A stretch of 64,000 nucleotides of DNA from Aulosira sp. ZfuVER01 (GTDB lineage Bacteria > Cyanobacteriota > Cyanobacteriia > Cyanobacteriales > Nostocaceae): assembly GCA_034530615.2 (NCBI GenBank), contig JAVRCV020000003.1, forward strand, positions 10,633-74,632, in the 5' to 3' direction. The position numbers and the translations under genes are program-made. Below are positions 33,632 to 44,868 of this stretch, one piece after another. How positions within the stretch are numbered: the stretch's first letter is position 1; the number at the start of each line of letters is the position of its first letter. Below the pieces are notes generated by a model that worked only from the letters and a program-made list of their open reading frames with translations, was not told the origin of the DNA and did not search any database.

Positions 33632-35806
33632 ATGCACACAGTAATACTCGTTCTCTTTGAGGTGCTGATTGTTATCGGACTGTCACGGCTAGTAGGGCTG
33701 GCATTTAAGTCAGTTAAGCAACCGCTGGTAATCGGTGAGATTGTTGCCGGGATTATGCTTGGCCCTTCTCTATTTGGTCTGATTGCGCCATCAACAGCAG
33801 CTGCTTTGTTCCCACCTGAGACAATTCCATTTTTGAATGTGTTGTCTCAAGTGGGACTGATATTTTTCATGTTTCTCATTGGTTTGGAACTCAATCCAAA
33901 ATACCTCAGCGGCCAGTTAGAAACAGCTGTTTTGACTTCTCATGTCAGCATTTTGGTGCCATTTTCTTTAGGCACACTGTTAGCAGTGTTGCTTTATCCT
34001 CTAGTTTCTAATGCTAGTGTTTCTTTTACCGCCTTTGCCCTATTTTTGGGGGCGGCGATGTCAATTACAGCCTTCCCTGTACTGGCACGAATTATTACCG
34101 AAAACAACTTGCAAGGAACGCGCTTAGGAACATTGGCTTTAACTTGCGCGGCGGTGGATGATGTGACGGCTTGGTGCGTGTTAGCAGTTGCGATCGCCGT
34201 CGCCAGAGAAGGTAGTATTGCTAGTGCATTCCCCACAATTCTCGAAAGCTTACTCTATATCGGCTTTATGCTCACAGCAGGGCGTTGGTTCTTGCAACGT
34301 CTTGCTACCCACTACCAGCGCGCAGGGCGGTTGAGTCAATTGGTAGTAGCGTTGATTTATATGGCTGTTGTGGCTTCTGCCTTGATTACCGAACTAATTG
34401 GCATTCACCTAATTTTTGGAGCCTTTTTACTAGGTGCAGCCATGCCTAAAAATGCCGATTTAGTTAGGGAACTGGCAGAAAAAACCGAAGATTTTGTATT
34501 GGTATTTCTGCTACCAGTATTCTTTGCCTTTAGTGGTTTGCGCACACAAATTGGTTTGCTCAACCATCCTGAACTGTGGTTGCTGTGTGTATTGGTTTTA
34601 GGAGTGGCGATCGCAGGTAAGTATATTGGTACTTATGTGGCAGCGCGTGTCAGTGGGATTAATCAGCGAGAAGCATCAGCCCTTGGTTGGTTAATGAATA
34701 CTCGCGGTTTGACTGAGTTAATCGTATTAAATATTGGTTTGGATTTAGGTGTGATTTCCCCCGTACTTTTTACCATGCTGGTGATTATGGCATTGGTAAC
34801 AACATTTATGACCTCTCCATTGCTGGAATGGACATATCCGAAAAAGCTGATCCGGCTAGATGTGATCGAACCAGAATCGGCAGAAACCGAGAAGGAAACT
34901 ACTGTTGGTAGCGAGTACCGAATTTTAGTACCAGTAGCTAATCCTAGCACCCAAAAAGGCTTAGTGCAGTTAGCAGTAGCGATCGCTCTCAACTATCGCC
35001 AACCTGCTGTGGTTCATCCCCTCAGTCTGATTGAATTTGAAGAAGACTATGCTTTTGAGAATACACCAGTTGAGGCTGACCGATTAATTGAGCAACGCCG
35101 CCAACAGTTAGAAGATTTGATTGAGACTCTAGAACCGCCAACAACACGTTCTTATGTCCAACCCATCATCCGCCTATCGAGCAACGTTGCGAGAGAAACA
35201 GCCGAGATTGCCAAAATTGAGCAACCTAATTTGGTTTTAGTAGGTTGGCACCGTCCAGCTTTTAGTAATAATCGTTTAGGTGGTAGAGTTGGTCAAATTT
35301 TGGCGACTACACCCGTAGATGTAGCAGTTTTTGTTGACCGAGGAGGAGAACGATTAGAAAGCTTGTTAGTTCCCTACTCTGGAAATATCCATGATGATTT
35401 AGCGCTAATACTGGCTTTGAGATTACTCATCAATCGCGATACTTGTACGTTGCAGATTTTACAAGTAGTGTCGGGCAATCAAGTTCACAATGAATTGAGT
35501 TACGAGCTGCACACAATGATGGAGCAAATGCCCAATAGCGTACGCGATCGCATTCAAATTAAGACTATTGAGTCCCCAGAACCAATCCAAGCAGTTGTAG
35601 CAGCTTCAGAGACAGTCGATCTGACGATTGCCGGTACCAGCCGCGCTTGGGGTATCCAACGCCAAACTCTTGGAAGATATACAGATCAACTAGCGATTCA
35701 ATGTCGTTCTTCATTGCTGATAACCCGCCGCTATAGTCAAGTTGCTGCGCATTTATCCTCCTTCCTTTCTGAAGCTAATACTCAAGAATCAGTCGCTAAG
35801 AGTTGA
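33632..35806 (+). CDS. Cation:proton antiporter (CPA2) with C-terminal USP-like region
   Basis: SITAFPVLAR, DDVTAW, LMNTRGLTELI motifs; C-terminal RILVPVANP. Confidence 0.92.
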   Translation: MHTVILVLFEVLIVIGLSRLVGLAFKSVKQPLVIGEIVAGIMLGPSLFGLIAPSTAAALFPPETIPFLNVLSQVGLIFFMFLIGLELNPKYLSGQLETAVLTSHVSILVPFSLGTLLAVLLYPLVSNASVSFTAFALFLGAAMSITAFPVLARIITENNLQGTRLGTLALTCAAVDDVTAWCVLAVAIAVAREGSIASAFPTILESLLYIGFMLTAGRWFLQRLATHYQRAGRLSQLVVALIYMAVVASALITELIGIHLIFGAFLLGAAMPKNADLVRELAEKTEDFVLVFLLPVFFAFSGLRTQIGLLNHPELWLLCVLVLGVAIAGKYIGTYVAARVSGINQREASALGWLMNTRGLTELIVLNIGLDLGVISPVLFTMLVIMALVTTFMTSPLLEWTYPKKLIRLDVIEPESAETEKETTVGSEYRILVPVANPSTQKGLVQLAVAIALNYRQPAVVHPLSLIEFEEDYAFENTPVEADRLIEQRRQQLEDLIETLEPPTTRSYVQPIIRLSSNVARETAEIAKIEQPNLVLVGWHRPAFSNNRLGGRVGQILATTPVDVAVFVDRGGERLESLLVPYSGNIHDDLALILALRLLINRDTCTLQILQVVSGNQVHNELSYELHTMMEQMPNSVRDRIQIKTIESPEPIQAVVAASETVDLTIAGTSRAWGIQRQTLGRYTDQLAIQCRSSLLITRRYSQVAAHLSSFLSEANTQESVAKS

Positions 35807-35810
35807 AACT

Positions 35811-36335
35811 ATGAATCATTTCAATTTAAAATCCTTAGCCTTTTATGGTATTGCGATCGGTTCAGTTCTCCTGTTATTTAAAACTGTCAGCGCCTACGGA
35901 GAAACAACTCTCAAAGCTCCTCCTGCAATTAACAATCGCTATCGCGTCGCTTTGGCAGACAATATACCAAACTGTGATAAACCAGATAATTTGATACTTA
36001 ACATTCAACAATCCGGTATTTATATAAATGCCTCGTTCTTACCAGAAAACAATAATGATGAGACACCCAATATCAATCCTAAAAATGATTTCCTCTCAGG
36101 CATATTGAAAAATCAGGAATTGAGTTTATCGGGCAAACTTGACAGAGCTAATTTGTGTAATCTTGCTTCTCCCAAAGATGCATACGTTCACTTAGCGAGA
36201 ATACAAATGCAATTAGTAGGCCAAGGAAATTTTATCGGTCAATTAACCTTGAGTGGTAGCACCAAAAATTTTAAATTTACAGCCGTACCCCAAAAAAATC
36301 AAAATAAATCTCAGCAGCTAAAAAAAAGACATTAA
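35811..36335 (+). CDS. Hypothetical exported/membrane-anchored protein
   Basis: ATG 4 bp after the antiporter stop; N-terminal hydrophobic segment. Confidence 0.7.
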   Translation: MNHFNLKSLAFYGIAIGSVLLLFKTVSAYGETTLKAPPAINNRYRVALADNIPNCDKPDNLILNIQQSGIYINASFLPENNNDETPNINPKNDFLSGILKNQELSLSGKLDRANLCNLASPKDAYVHLARIQMQLVGQGNFIGQLTLSGSTKNFKFTAVPQKNQNKSQQLKKRH

Positions 36336-36391
36336 TTAGCTAATAACGATTCCAAAAATGCCAAATAGCTCAAAATAAAACAGTAAAAATC

Positions 36392-37303
36392 ATGGATCAA
36401 GATTTAAGTACTAAGCAATTTCTTCCATATTGCCAGCAGCTATTTGGTATTAGCTTATTTGGCATATATATAGCAATTACTCTACAAGCTGGTAGCAGTA
36501 GTGCCAATCCAGTCGGGAAGCAAATACAAGCTCCCAATTATCCCAATGTCTCACCGGCTGTTCCCTTAGCTAGGCTGGATGATTGGCGGTTTTCTCCAGA
36601 GGTTTTGCAACTAGAATTTTCTCTCTCAGCAAGTACAACACCTCATTACTTCTATCTAGCCCAACCTCCGCGTATTGTTGTAGATTTGCCTAATACCAAA
36701 TTGGGGTATGTTCCCAGACAACAAAATTATTCAGGAGCTATCCAAAGAGTCCGTGTTTCCCAATTAAACGCAGGCGTAACTCGGATTGTTTTGGATTTAG
36801 CATCAGGCAATTTTTTAGATCCAAATCAAGTTAAATTGCAACCTATATCTAAGAAAAACCCTACTCGCTGGGTGTTACGTCCTTTTAGCTCTGGTTATAG
36901 AAACTCTGTACAACCAGGAAACTATCCACAACAACCTATTAACTTACCTCAATTTCCATACAACTATCCACAACAACCTATTAGCCAACCATCAACTACC
37001 AACCAACAATCACCTTTTTTTACTTTACCGCCATCATCTAACAACTTACCGGCAATACCTACTAACCAACAGCAACCTTTTGTTGTTGTACCGCCTCTGA
37101 CACCTAATAACCAATCTCAACTACCTAGTTCTTCACTTACTCCACCTATTTTCTCAAATCAACCTGGTAACTTTAACAACCCTGCTTCTATTGCCAAACC
37201 TGATTTTCCAGTCCCTACAATTCCTCAATATCACTATCCATCTAATGTTCCTGAAACCCCAGTGATTGAGTTTGGTCAACCCATTCCTAAAACTGGAAAC
37301 TAA
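36392..37303 (+). CDS. AMIN domain protein with Pro/Gln-rich tail
   Basis: LAQPPRIVVDLPNT and RVSQLNAGVTRIVLDL motifs. Confidence 0.85.
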   Translation: MDQDLSTKQFLPYCQQLFGISLFGIYIAITLQAGSSSANPVGKQIQAPNYPNVSPAVPLARLDDWRFSPEVLQLEFSLSASTTPHYFYLAQPPRIVVDLPNTKLGYVPRQQNYSGAIQRVRVSQLNAGVTRIVLDLASGNFLDPNQVKLQPISKKNPTRWVLRPFSSGYRNSVQPGNYPQQPINLPQFPYNYPQQPISQPSTTNQQSPFFTLPPSSNNLPAIPTNQQQPFVVVPPLTPNNQSQLPSSSLTPPIFSNQPGNFNNPASIAKPDFPVPTIPQYHYPSNVPETPVIEFGQPIPKTGN

Positions 37304-37523
37304 TAAGTTAAGTTAAAATACTTTTTTATTCAGACTGCTTTCTACGTGAGATCAAAATCTGTGTTCTGGGAAAATTGGGAGCCTCTCAGGATGTAAGCCC
37401 GATATTTAGTCAATGTATCTCTATTTTTCGGATAATTCGGAAAGCTATAGACTTGTTGACTTCCTACAACTGATCAATCTGAAAGTATGGGCTACAAAAC
37501 TTTACTTAGTTCAGTTGAATTTC

Positions 37524-37898
37524 CTATTTTAAATGTAATATTAATAAGCCGACAAAAACCATAATAGACATACCTACTAAAAATAGGTTGTCTGCAATTA
37601 ATTCAAACTTTCTATTATTATTGTTTCTGATAGATATATAAGATAAAAAGCAAGAAGTAATGAATATAAGGGTATCAACCCCTAATATATCATCAGCATA
37701 AGTGTTCATTTGGAAATTGATTGTCCGCAAAAACGTAATCACCGTTATACATACACCAATCATTGTTGAAGCTGTTGGTAAAATGTGGTATGACAACGGC
37801 TCTTTTGATTGTTTTGGCTGCAAATTAGCTTTTTCCACTAAATTTTGAAATATCCAACTAGCAAAGATTGGAAATCTACTATTTTTCTGATAGCGCAT
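37524..37898 (-). CDS. Hypothetical small membrane protein (3 TM)
   Basis: Hydrophobic segments; HILPTASTMIGVC. Confidence 0.65.
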   Translation of the reverse strand: MRYQKNSRFPIFASWIFQNLVEKANLQPKQSKEPLSYHILPTASTMIGVCITVITFLRTINFQMNTYADDILGVDTLIFITSCFLSYISIRNNNNRKFELIADNLFLVGMSIMVFVGLLILHLK

Positions 37899-38241
37899 TT
37901 AAATCTTAGGAAGTAAAAATCCTCAGCTTTCAACTCAAAGTATAAAAACTTCTGCTGTAATCACTTTAAAGATAAATGACATCGCTCTAAAAATCTAAAA
38001 AGCCAATTATGCCATATTTCAATAATTAAATTAAGAAAACATTTATAAATTAACTAGTATATGTGGCAATTTAATGGCTAACTTATGACGTAAATATGTC
38101 ATTTATAAAATACTTATGTTTTAGTTAGTTTTAAATAGTAAAATTAGTTGTCTTATCAGCATTTAAATTACCTAAATATCATTTATGATAGGGAAATTTA
38201 ACAATTTTTTACAGCGTTTCTCATAACAGCGAAAACGGAAA

Positions 38242-40635
38242 ATGTTGAGCATCAGATATCAGCGGATTTTGCATTACGGCATGGCTGTATTCAGTGTGTT
38301 ATTAGCACTAATACTAACTCTCATCTTGCAGCCCGTTCTCGACAAGAGCAGATTGGTAATATTTTTTGCTGCGGTAGCTGTCAGTAATTGGTATGGTGGA
38401 TTCAAACCAGGATTACTAGCGACAATCTTGGCAGTATTAGTGAGCGATTTTTTCTTTATACCTCCGATTTACTCTGTCACGCCCACCAGTTGGGAAAATA
38501 TCACCCAGCTATTTGTATTTGTATTTGTTTCAGTTTTGATTAATTCGCTGAATACAGAACTGAGGATAGCTAGAAACCGCTCTCAAGCTAGTTTAGTCAA
38601 AGCAGAAGCGGCACGCAAAGAAGTCACCAACATCTTGGAAAGTATCACTGATGCTTTTATTTCTTTTAACAATCAGTGGTGCTGCATTTATATTAATGAA
38701 CAAGCTCTGAGGCTATTACACAAAACCCGCGACGAGCTAATTGGAAAGCAGGTATGGGAAGAAGTATTTCCCCATGTATTTGGAGATTTGGCTTACCAAG
38801 AATTGCATCGTGCTGTGAATGAACAGACTACTCTGGTGTTTGAAGATTTTGCACATTCTATTGGCATTTGGCTGGAAATTCATGCTTATCCTTCCGCAAA
38901 TGGGCTGGCACTGTACTTTAGAGATATCAGCGATCGCAAGCAAGCAGAGGAAGAACGCACTCAGCATCTGATCCAAGCACAGCAACATACATATCGATTG
39001 CAAAGGCTAGCTGAGATATCTCTCACCATCAACTCAACGCTATCGCTCAAAGAAAGGCTGCAATTACTGACTGAACAGTCCCGGGAAACCATCGGAGCGC
39101 ATCAATCAGCCACTAGTATAACGATAGATGAAAACTCGGCACAGGCGATTCATGCAGTGTCTCTCTCAAACAAGTACGCACATCAGCAGAATTACCAGCA
39201 CAAACCAGATAGTGCTGTTGTTTCTCAACTGATTTGTCGTCTACAAGGCTCGATCCGAATGAGTCAGGCTGAACTAGAGTCTCATCCCATTTGGAGTGGA
39301 TTTGCTAAAGAATTTTGTCAGTCTTTACCAATGCGCGGTTGGCTAGCAGCACCACTTATTCATGCTAACGGCAAAAAGATTGGTCTGATTCAGCTTTCTG
39401 ACAAATATGAAGGTGAATTTACAGAAGACGACGAAACTATTCTGGTGCAATTAACTCAGATGGCATCATTAGCAATCAATAATGCCCATCTCTACGAAGA
39501 ATCTCAACGAGCCAATCGAGTCAAGGATGAGTTTTTAGCAATGCTCTCCCATGAATTGCGATCGCCTCTAAATGCGATTCTTGGTTGGGCACAAGTCTTG
39601 CGCTCTGGGAAGTTGAATCAAGACATTACTATGCGTGCTTTAGAAACTATTGAGCGCAATGCCAAATTACAAACTCAACTCATTGAAGATTTGCTAGATG
39701 TTTCTCGCATCCTCAGAGGTAATATCAGCCTGAATGCCTTTCCCATCAACCCAGCATTACCGATTTCAGCAGCGATCGAGACTATGCGCTTGGCTGCAGA
39801 AGCTAAATCGATTCAGATTGTGCCTGTGATTGAATCTAATATCGGCACGATCTCAGGTGATTCAAATCGCTTACAACAGATTGTGTGGAATTTGCTATCT
39901 AACGCCATTAAGTTCACATCCCCAGGAGGAAGAGTGGAAATTCGACTAACTGCTGTAGACTCGCAGGCGCAAATTCAAGTGAGCGATACAGGTAAAGGAA
40001 TTAGCTCTGAATTTCTACCTTATGTGTTCGACTATTTCCGCCAAGCTGATGCTTCGATTAGCCGAAATTATGGCGGATTGGGGCTAGGTTTAGCGATTGT
40101 GCGCCACTTGGTAGAAGTGCATGGCGGTACTGTTGCGGCAGAAAGTTTAGGAGAGGGACAAGGAGCTACTTTCACAGTCAAATTCCCCTTGCTGAAGCAA
40201 CAGCCAGTAAAAAATCAGATAAATAAATCGTTAAACAGTCTGCCAAACATCAACGGGGTAAAGGTACTGGTTGTTGATGATGATGTTGATGCACGGGATT
40301 TTCTGGTGTTTATCTTAGAGCAGCATGGAGCGATCGCTTTAGCTTCAGCTTCAGCAACAGAAGCTTTAGAGCGCTTAGAACACTTCCAACCACATATCTT
40401 GCTCAGTGATATCGGAATGCCAGGAGAAGATGGGTATAATTTTATTCGCAGAGTCAGAGTTATAGAATCTCCTGGCATCAAACAAATTCCGGCGATCGCA
40501 CTTACAGCTTACGCATCTAACGAAGACTGTAATCAAGCATTAAAAGCAGGCTTTCAAAGGCACATTCCTAAGCCAGTAGATCCAGCTGAGTTAATTACGA
40601 TTATTGCTAACCTCAATGCTAGCTATGAACGCTAA
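38242..40635 (+). CDS. Hybrid sensor histidine kinase (DUF4118-like TM, PAS, GAF, HisKA, HATPase, REC)
   Basis: LSHELRSPLN, NLLSNAIKF, DTGKGI, GGLGLGL, DIGMPGEDG, KPVD motifs. Confidence 0.95.
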   Translation: MLSIRYQRILHYGMAVFSVLLALILTLILQPVLDKSRLVIFFAAVAVSNWYGGFKPGLLATILAVLVSDFFFIPPIYSVTPTSWENITQLFVFVFVSVLINSLNTELRIARNRSQASLVKAEAARKEVTNILESITDAFISFNNQWCCIYINEQALRLLHKTRDELIGKQVWEEVFPHVFGDLAYQELHRAVNEQTTLVFEDFAHSIGIWLEIHAYPSANGLALYFRDISDRKQAEEERTQHLIQAQQHTYRLQRLAEISLTINSTLSLKERLQLLTEQSRETIGAHQSATSITIDENSAQAIHAVSLSNKYAHQQNYQHKPDSAVVSQLICRLQGSIRMSQAELESHPIWSGFAKEFCQSLPMRGWLAAPLIHANGKKIGLIQLSDKYEGEFTEDDETILVQLTQMASLAINNAHLYEESQRANRVKDEFLAMLSHELRSPLNAILGWAQVLRSGKLNQDITMRALETIERNAKLQTQLIEDLLDVSRILRGNISLNAFPINPALPISAAIETMRLAAEAKSIQIVPVIESNIGTISGDSNRLQQIVWNLLSNAIKFTSPGGRVEIRLTAVDSQAQIQVSDTGKGISSEFLPYVFDYFRQADASISRNYGGLGLGLAIVRHLVEVHGGTVAAESLGEGQGATFTVKFPLLKQQPVKNQINKSLNSLPNINGVKVLVVDDDVDARDFLVFILEQHGAIALASASATEALERLEHFQPHILLSDIGMPGEDGYNFIRRVRVIESPGIKQIPAIALTAYASNEDCNQALKAGFQRHIPKPVDPAELITIIANLNASYER

Positions 40636-41262
40636 ATTTTTAACAATTGCAAATCAGTATTTTTCTTTCCAGATAATTATGACTCGTGATGCGTAAAGCT
40701 CCCAAAACGTAATTCATTAAATTGCAATTAAGTTAGTTTAAACCTTAGCCAAATACTCAATTTAACAAGCTTGCTGCTAACAAAAATACTTTTTTATGTC
40801 TCTAGTTCAAAGGCTAAAAGTTTTGACATTTATATTCAAATGTATTTATTGTTTAATGATTCTTGGTATTTCCAAGTAAAATTATGGTGGAGTATCCCCT
40901 ACTTCAGCCATTACATTAGAGTTCACCATCTGTGCAAACACGTAAGCACTTCCCAGACTGCTATGACGGATTTCTTGCAACGAATCTCTAGAGTATGCTG
41001 CTCTAACTATCTAGTTTAAATAATTCTTCAAAATATAATTCATATCTGATAATTTTCTGATGGTTGATTCCTAACAATTTGTAAATCACCCTTTCAGATA
41101 ACCCATTCGGGTGATGTGTGCTGAACCCTGTCCATTATAAATTTTGTATAAAACTAAGACATACTTTATCAAGCAAATTTACTCCACTATTGGAAAAGTG
41201 CGATTGCCCAAACTTAGGTATCGCTTTCGAGTCTCACACTTAGTTTAAGAAGCAGGCCTTTT

Positions 41263-41577
41263 ATGAAAGAAATTGTTCAACAAGCTTTAAATACTGGCTA
41301 TTTGAGTGTCGCAGCCCAAAATCAGATCCGATTGCTGCTGCAAAGTGATTATGACTCAGAAGACTTAGATGCATACATCATTTTGCAGCGAGCTGTAGTG
41401 GCGGGTGATGTCAAGCAGGAACCACGTAGTCCAAAAGCTTCCCGTTCCAGTACAGCTAAAGATGCTGCATCAAATATCAAACTTGCCTATCAAGTTGCAG
41501 CCGAGCTGGCTTGTGTCGCAGCTATGGCTTTGACAATGCCAAAAAACAGCAAAGATTCTTCTTACTTAGGTGCATGA
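41263..41577 (+). CDS. Conserved cyanobacterial hypothetical protein
   Basis: EIVQQALNTGYLSV...EDLDAY...GDVKQE resembles a small cyanobacterial family. Confidence 0.7.
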   Translation: MKEIVQQALNTGYLSVAAQNQIRLLLQSDYDSEDLDAYIILQRAVVAGDVKQEPRSPKASRSSTAKDAASNIKLAYQVAAELACVAAMALTMPKNSKDSSYLGA

Positions 41578-42215
41578 GAGGCTGTCAAAAAATATCTCAT
41601 CGCGTTTAGGGTAAGGGTGCAAGGAAAGACAAGGGAAGGGAGAGGTAACTAATAAACTTGCCTACTGTCTAGCAACAAATGAAAAATGAAAAAATTTTTT
41701 ATCTGTCCTGTGTACGCAGTTCATGATGGTTACTTAGATGATTGGCGATATGCTACAGTACAGGATTTTCGTTCTTGAATTACTAGAAATCCTCAGCAAA
41801 GATTATTAAAAAAGCATTAAAAATAGAAATCTGGTTTGAACTCATGGCCGATTTTTTTCATATGGAGTCAAAACCTTGAATAAAGCTTCTAGAGAGGTTC
41901 TTACCAGTTATTATCCAGCTAGTAATTAAATCTAAAATAAATATAAATACTGAAAAAATTTAATACACACAGATAATTTTATAATTGAGCAGAAAATCAC
42001 AGTCAATAGTTAAGTTTTACAATACCAAGCACAGATTTCAGAAGACCGATTAACATAGGAAATGGTCTTGGTGTAAACTCTAGCAACGCTGACAAGAATG
42101 ATTCTCAATGCTTAACAAAGTCATAGCATTCTTACAAACATAGTATAAAGAATTGGCAACATTGGGTAAAGACAGTAAAAAATAACCTTAGCTAAACTTG
42201 GAGTTTTGCCAACCT

Positions 42216-44780
42216 ATGCAGCCAATTCGTACATTTAACGTCTCTCCTTCTCTTCCGCCGCGACTCGAACCGCTGCGGCGGCTGGCATATAACTTGCACT
42301 GGGATTGGAACGTTGAGAGCAAAGATTTATTTCGCCGCTTAGATCCCGACTTGTGGGAGTCTAGCCACCATAACCCAGTTTTAATGCTGGGTACTATCAG
42401 CCAAGGGCGACTGTTAGAAGTTGTAGAAGATGAAGGCTTCTTGGCGCAAATGGATAGAGCCGCGCGCCAGCTAGAAGATTATCTACAAGAGCGCTCCTGG
42501 TATCAGAAACAGCGCAGCCAAAAACCTAAAGAATGCTACGCTTATTTTTCTGCTGAATTTGGATTAGTAGATTGTCTACCTGTTTATTCTGGCGGTTTGG
42601 GTGTTCTGGCGGGCGATCACCTCAAATCTGCTAGCGATCTGGGATTACCCTTGGTTGGTGTTGGCTTACTTTACCAACAAGGTTACTTTGCCCAGTATCT
42701 CAATGCTGATGGTTGGCAGCAAGAACGCTATCCAATCAACGATTTCTACAATATGCCTTTACACCTGGAGCGTAATTCTGATGGTACAGAATTACGCATC
42801 GCCGTAGAGTACCCAGGTCGCAAGGTGTACGCTAGGGTTTGGCGGGTACAGGTGGGAACAGTACCACTGTATTTGTTGGATACTAACATTGAACCCAACA
42901 ACCCTTACGACCATGACATCACAGATCAGCTGTATGGTGGCGACATTGATATGCGTATCCACCAGGAAATCATGCTGGGTATCGGTGGTGTCCAGATGTT
43001 AAAAGCTTTGGGGTATAAAGTTACTGCTTACCACATGAATGAAGGTCACGCAGCCTTCTCAGCCCTAGAGCGCATCCGGATGTTGATTCAAGAAGAAGGG
43101 CTGAGTTACGCTGATGCTAAACAGGTGGTAGCATCCAGTAATATTTTCACTACCCACACGCCTGTCCCAGCGGGGATTGACTTGTTCCCGCCGCAGAAAA
43201 TTTTGGACTACCTGAAATATTATGCAGCTATCTTTGGCTTGCCAGAGGAACAATTTTTAGGGCTGGGGCGTGAAAATACAGGTGATTTATCTGCACCCTT
43301 CAGTATGGCGGTGTTAGCGCTGAAGATGGCAACATTTTCTAATGGCGTGGCGCAACTGCATGGTGTGGTTTCACGGCAGATGTTCCAGGGATTGTGGAAG
43401 AAAGTACCTGTAGAGGAAGTACCGATCGCAGCAATTACCAATGGTGTCCATGCCCGTAGTTGTGTGGCAAAATCCACTCAGGAATTGTATGACCGTTACC
43501 TAGGGCCAAATTGGTCATCAGCACCACCAGATAACCAATTGTGGGAGAGGATGGACTCTATCCCCGATGAGGAGTTGTGGCGCAATCACGAACGCTGTCG
43601 CTTGGATATGATTTTGTATGTGCGCGAGCATTTGGTAAAACATTTACGCGATCGCGGTGCTTCGGCTTCGGAAATTGCTCAAGCTCAAGAAGTTTTAGAT
43701 CCAAACGTTTTAACCATTGGTTTTGCACGGCGTTTTGCTACCTACAAGCGTGCTACTCTCTGGATGCGCGATCTAGAACGCATCAGAAAGATTTTACTTG
43801 GTAATAAAAACCGGAAAGTGCAATTTGTGATTGCAGGTAAAGCACACCCGAAAGATATTCCCGGTAAAGAACTCATCCGTGAAATTAATCATTTCATCCG
43901 CGAGCAACATTTAGAAAAACAAGTGGTGTTTGTTCCCAATTACGACATTCACATATCTCGTTTGATGGTGGCTGGTTGTGATATCTGGTTAAATACGCCA
44001 CGTCGTCCTAGAGAAGCCTCTGGTACTAGTGGAATGAAAGCTGCAATGAACGGCTTACCTAATTTAAGCGTCCTCGATGGCTGGTGGGATGAAGCTGATT
44101 ATGTCCGCACTGGTTGGGCGATTGGACATGGAGAAAATTACGAAGATCCCAACTATCAAGATGAGGTAGAAGCCAACGCTCTCTACGATATCTTAGAGAA
44201 GGAAGTTGCGCCGCTATTTTACGATCATCGGGATGCTGATGGTTTACCTCGTCACTGGGTTGCCAAAATGAAGGATGCGATTCGCTTGAATTGTCCGTTC
44301 TTCAACACAGCCCGGATGGTGCGAGAATATGCCCAACGAGCTTATTTCCCTGCTAGCGATCGCTATCACACTCTCACTGCTGATAACTACGCCCCAGCGA
44401 AAGAATTAGCCGAGTGGAAAGCCAAACTCAGCGACCACTGGTTTAACATCAAAATCAAAGATGTTGACGTGTCAGCAGCAGCAGATATTGAAGTCAACCA
44501 AACCGTCGCTGTCAAAGCCAAGGTAGATTTGGCAACATTGACAAACAACGATGTGCAAGTGGAACTATACCAAGGCACAATTGATGCCAATGGTGAGATA
44601 GTTAACGCTACTCCTGTTGTCATGGATTACCAAGGCGAGGATACACAAGGTTTAAGTGTTTACACGGCTAATGTCATTTACACAACCTCTGGTTTACAAG
44701 GTTTGTCTTTGCGCGTATTACCGAAACACCCATACCTCTCTAATGCTTATGAGCCAAGGTTGATTGCTTGGGCTGAGTAA
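42216..44780 (+). CDS. glgP: Alpha-glucan (glycogen) phosphorylase
   Basis: YSGGLGVLAGD, ARRFATYKR, EASGTSGMKAAMNG (PLP lysine) motifs. Confidence 0.96.
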   Translation: MQPIRTFNVSPSLPPRLEPLRRLAYNLHWDWNVESKDLFRRLDPDLWESSHHNPVLMLGTISQGRLLEVVEDEGFLAQMDRAARQLEDYLQERSWYQKQRSQKPKECYAYFSAEFGLVDCLPVYSGGLGVLAGDHLKSASDLGLPLVGVGLLYQQGYFAQYLNADGWQQERYPINDFYNMPLHLERNSDGTELRIAVEYPGRKVYARVWRVQVGTVPLYLLDTNIEPNNPYDHDITDQLYGGDIDMRIHQEIMLGIGGVQMLKALGYKVTAYHMNEGHAAFSALERIRMLIQEEGLSYADAKQVVASSNIFTTHTPVPAGIDLFPPQKILDYLKYYAAIFGLPEEQFLGLGRENTGDLSAPFSMAVLALKMATFSNGVAQLHGVVSRQMFQGLWKKVPVEEVPIAAITNGVHARSCVAKSTQELYDRYLGPNWSSAPPDNQLWERMDSIPDEELWRNHERCRLDMILYVREHLVKHLRDRGASASEIAQAQEVLDPNVLTIGFARRFATYKRATLWMRDLERIRKILLGNKNRKVQFVIAGKAHPKDIPGKELIREINHFIREQHLEKQVVFVPNYDIHISRLMVAGCDIWLNTPRRPREASGTSGMKAAMNGLPNLSVLDGWWDEADYVRTGWAIGHGENYEDPNYQDEVEANALYDILEKEVAPLFYDHRDADGLPRHWVAKMKDAIRLNCPFFNTARMVREYAQRAYFPASDRYHTLTADNYAPAKELAEWKAKLSDHWFNIKIKDVDVSAAADIEVNQTVAVKAKVDLATLTNNDVQVELYQGTIDANGEIVNATPVVMDYQGEDTQGLSVYTANVIYTTSGLQGLSLRVLPKHPYLSNAYEPRLIAWAE

Positions 44781-44796
44781 GTCAATTTTGGATTTT

Positions 44797-44842
44797 GCGG
44801 AAAGTCTGAGCGCCGGAAGCCGGCGCTCAGAACTTTCCAAGA
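44797..44842. repeat. GC-rich palindromic small repeat embedded in STRR heptamers
   Basis: GGAAAGTCTGAGCGCCGG-AAG-CCGGCGCTCAGAACTTTCC. Confidence 0.65.
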
Positions 44843-44868
44843 CGGATTTTAGATTAGTAATCCAAAAT

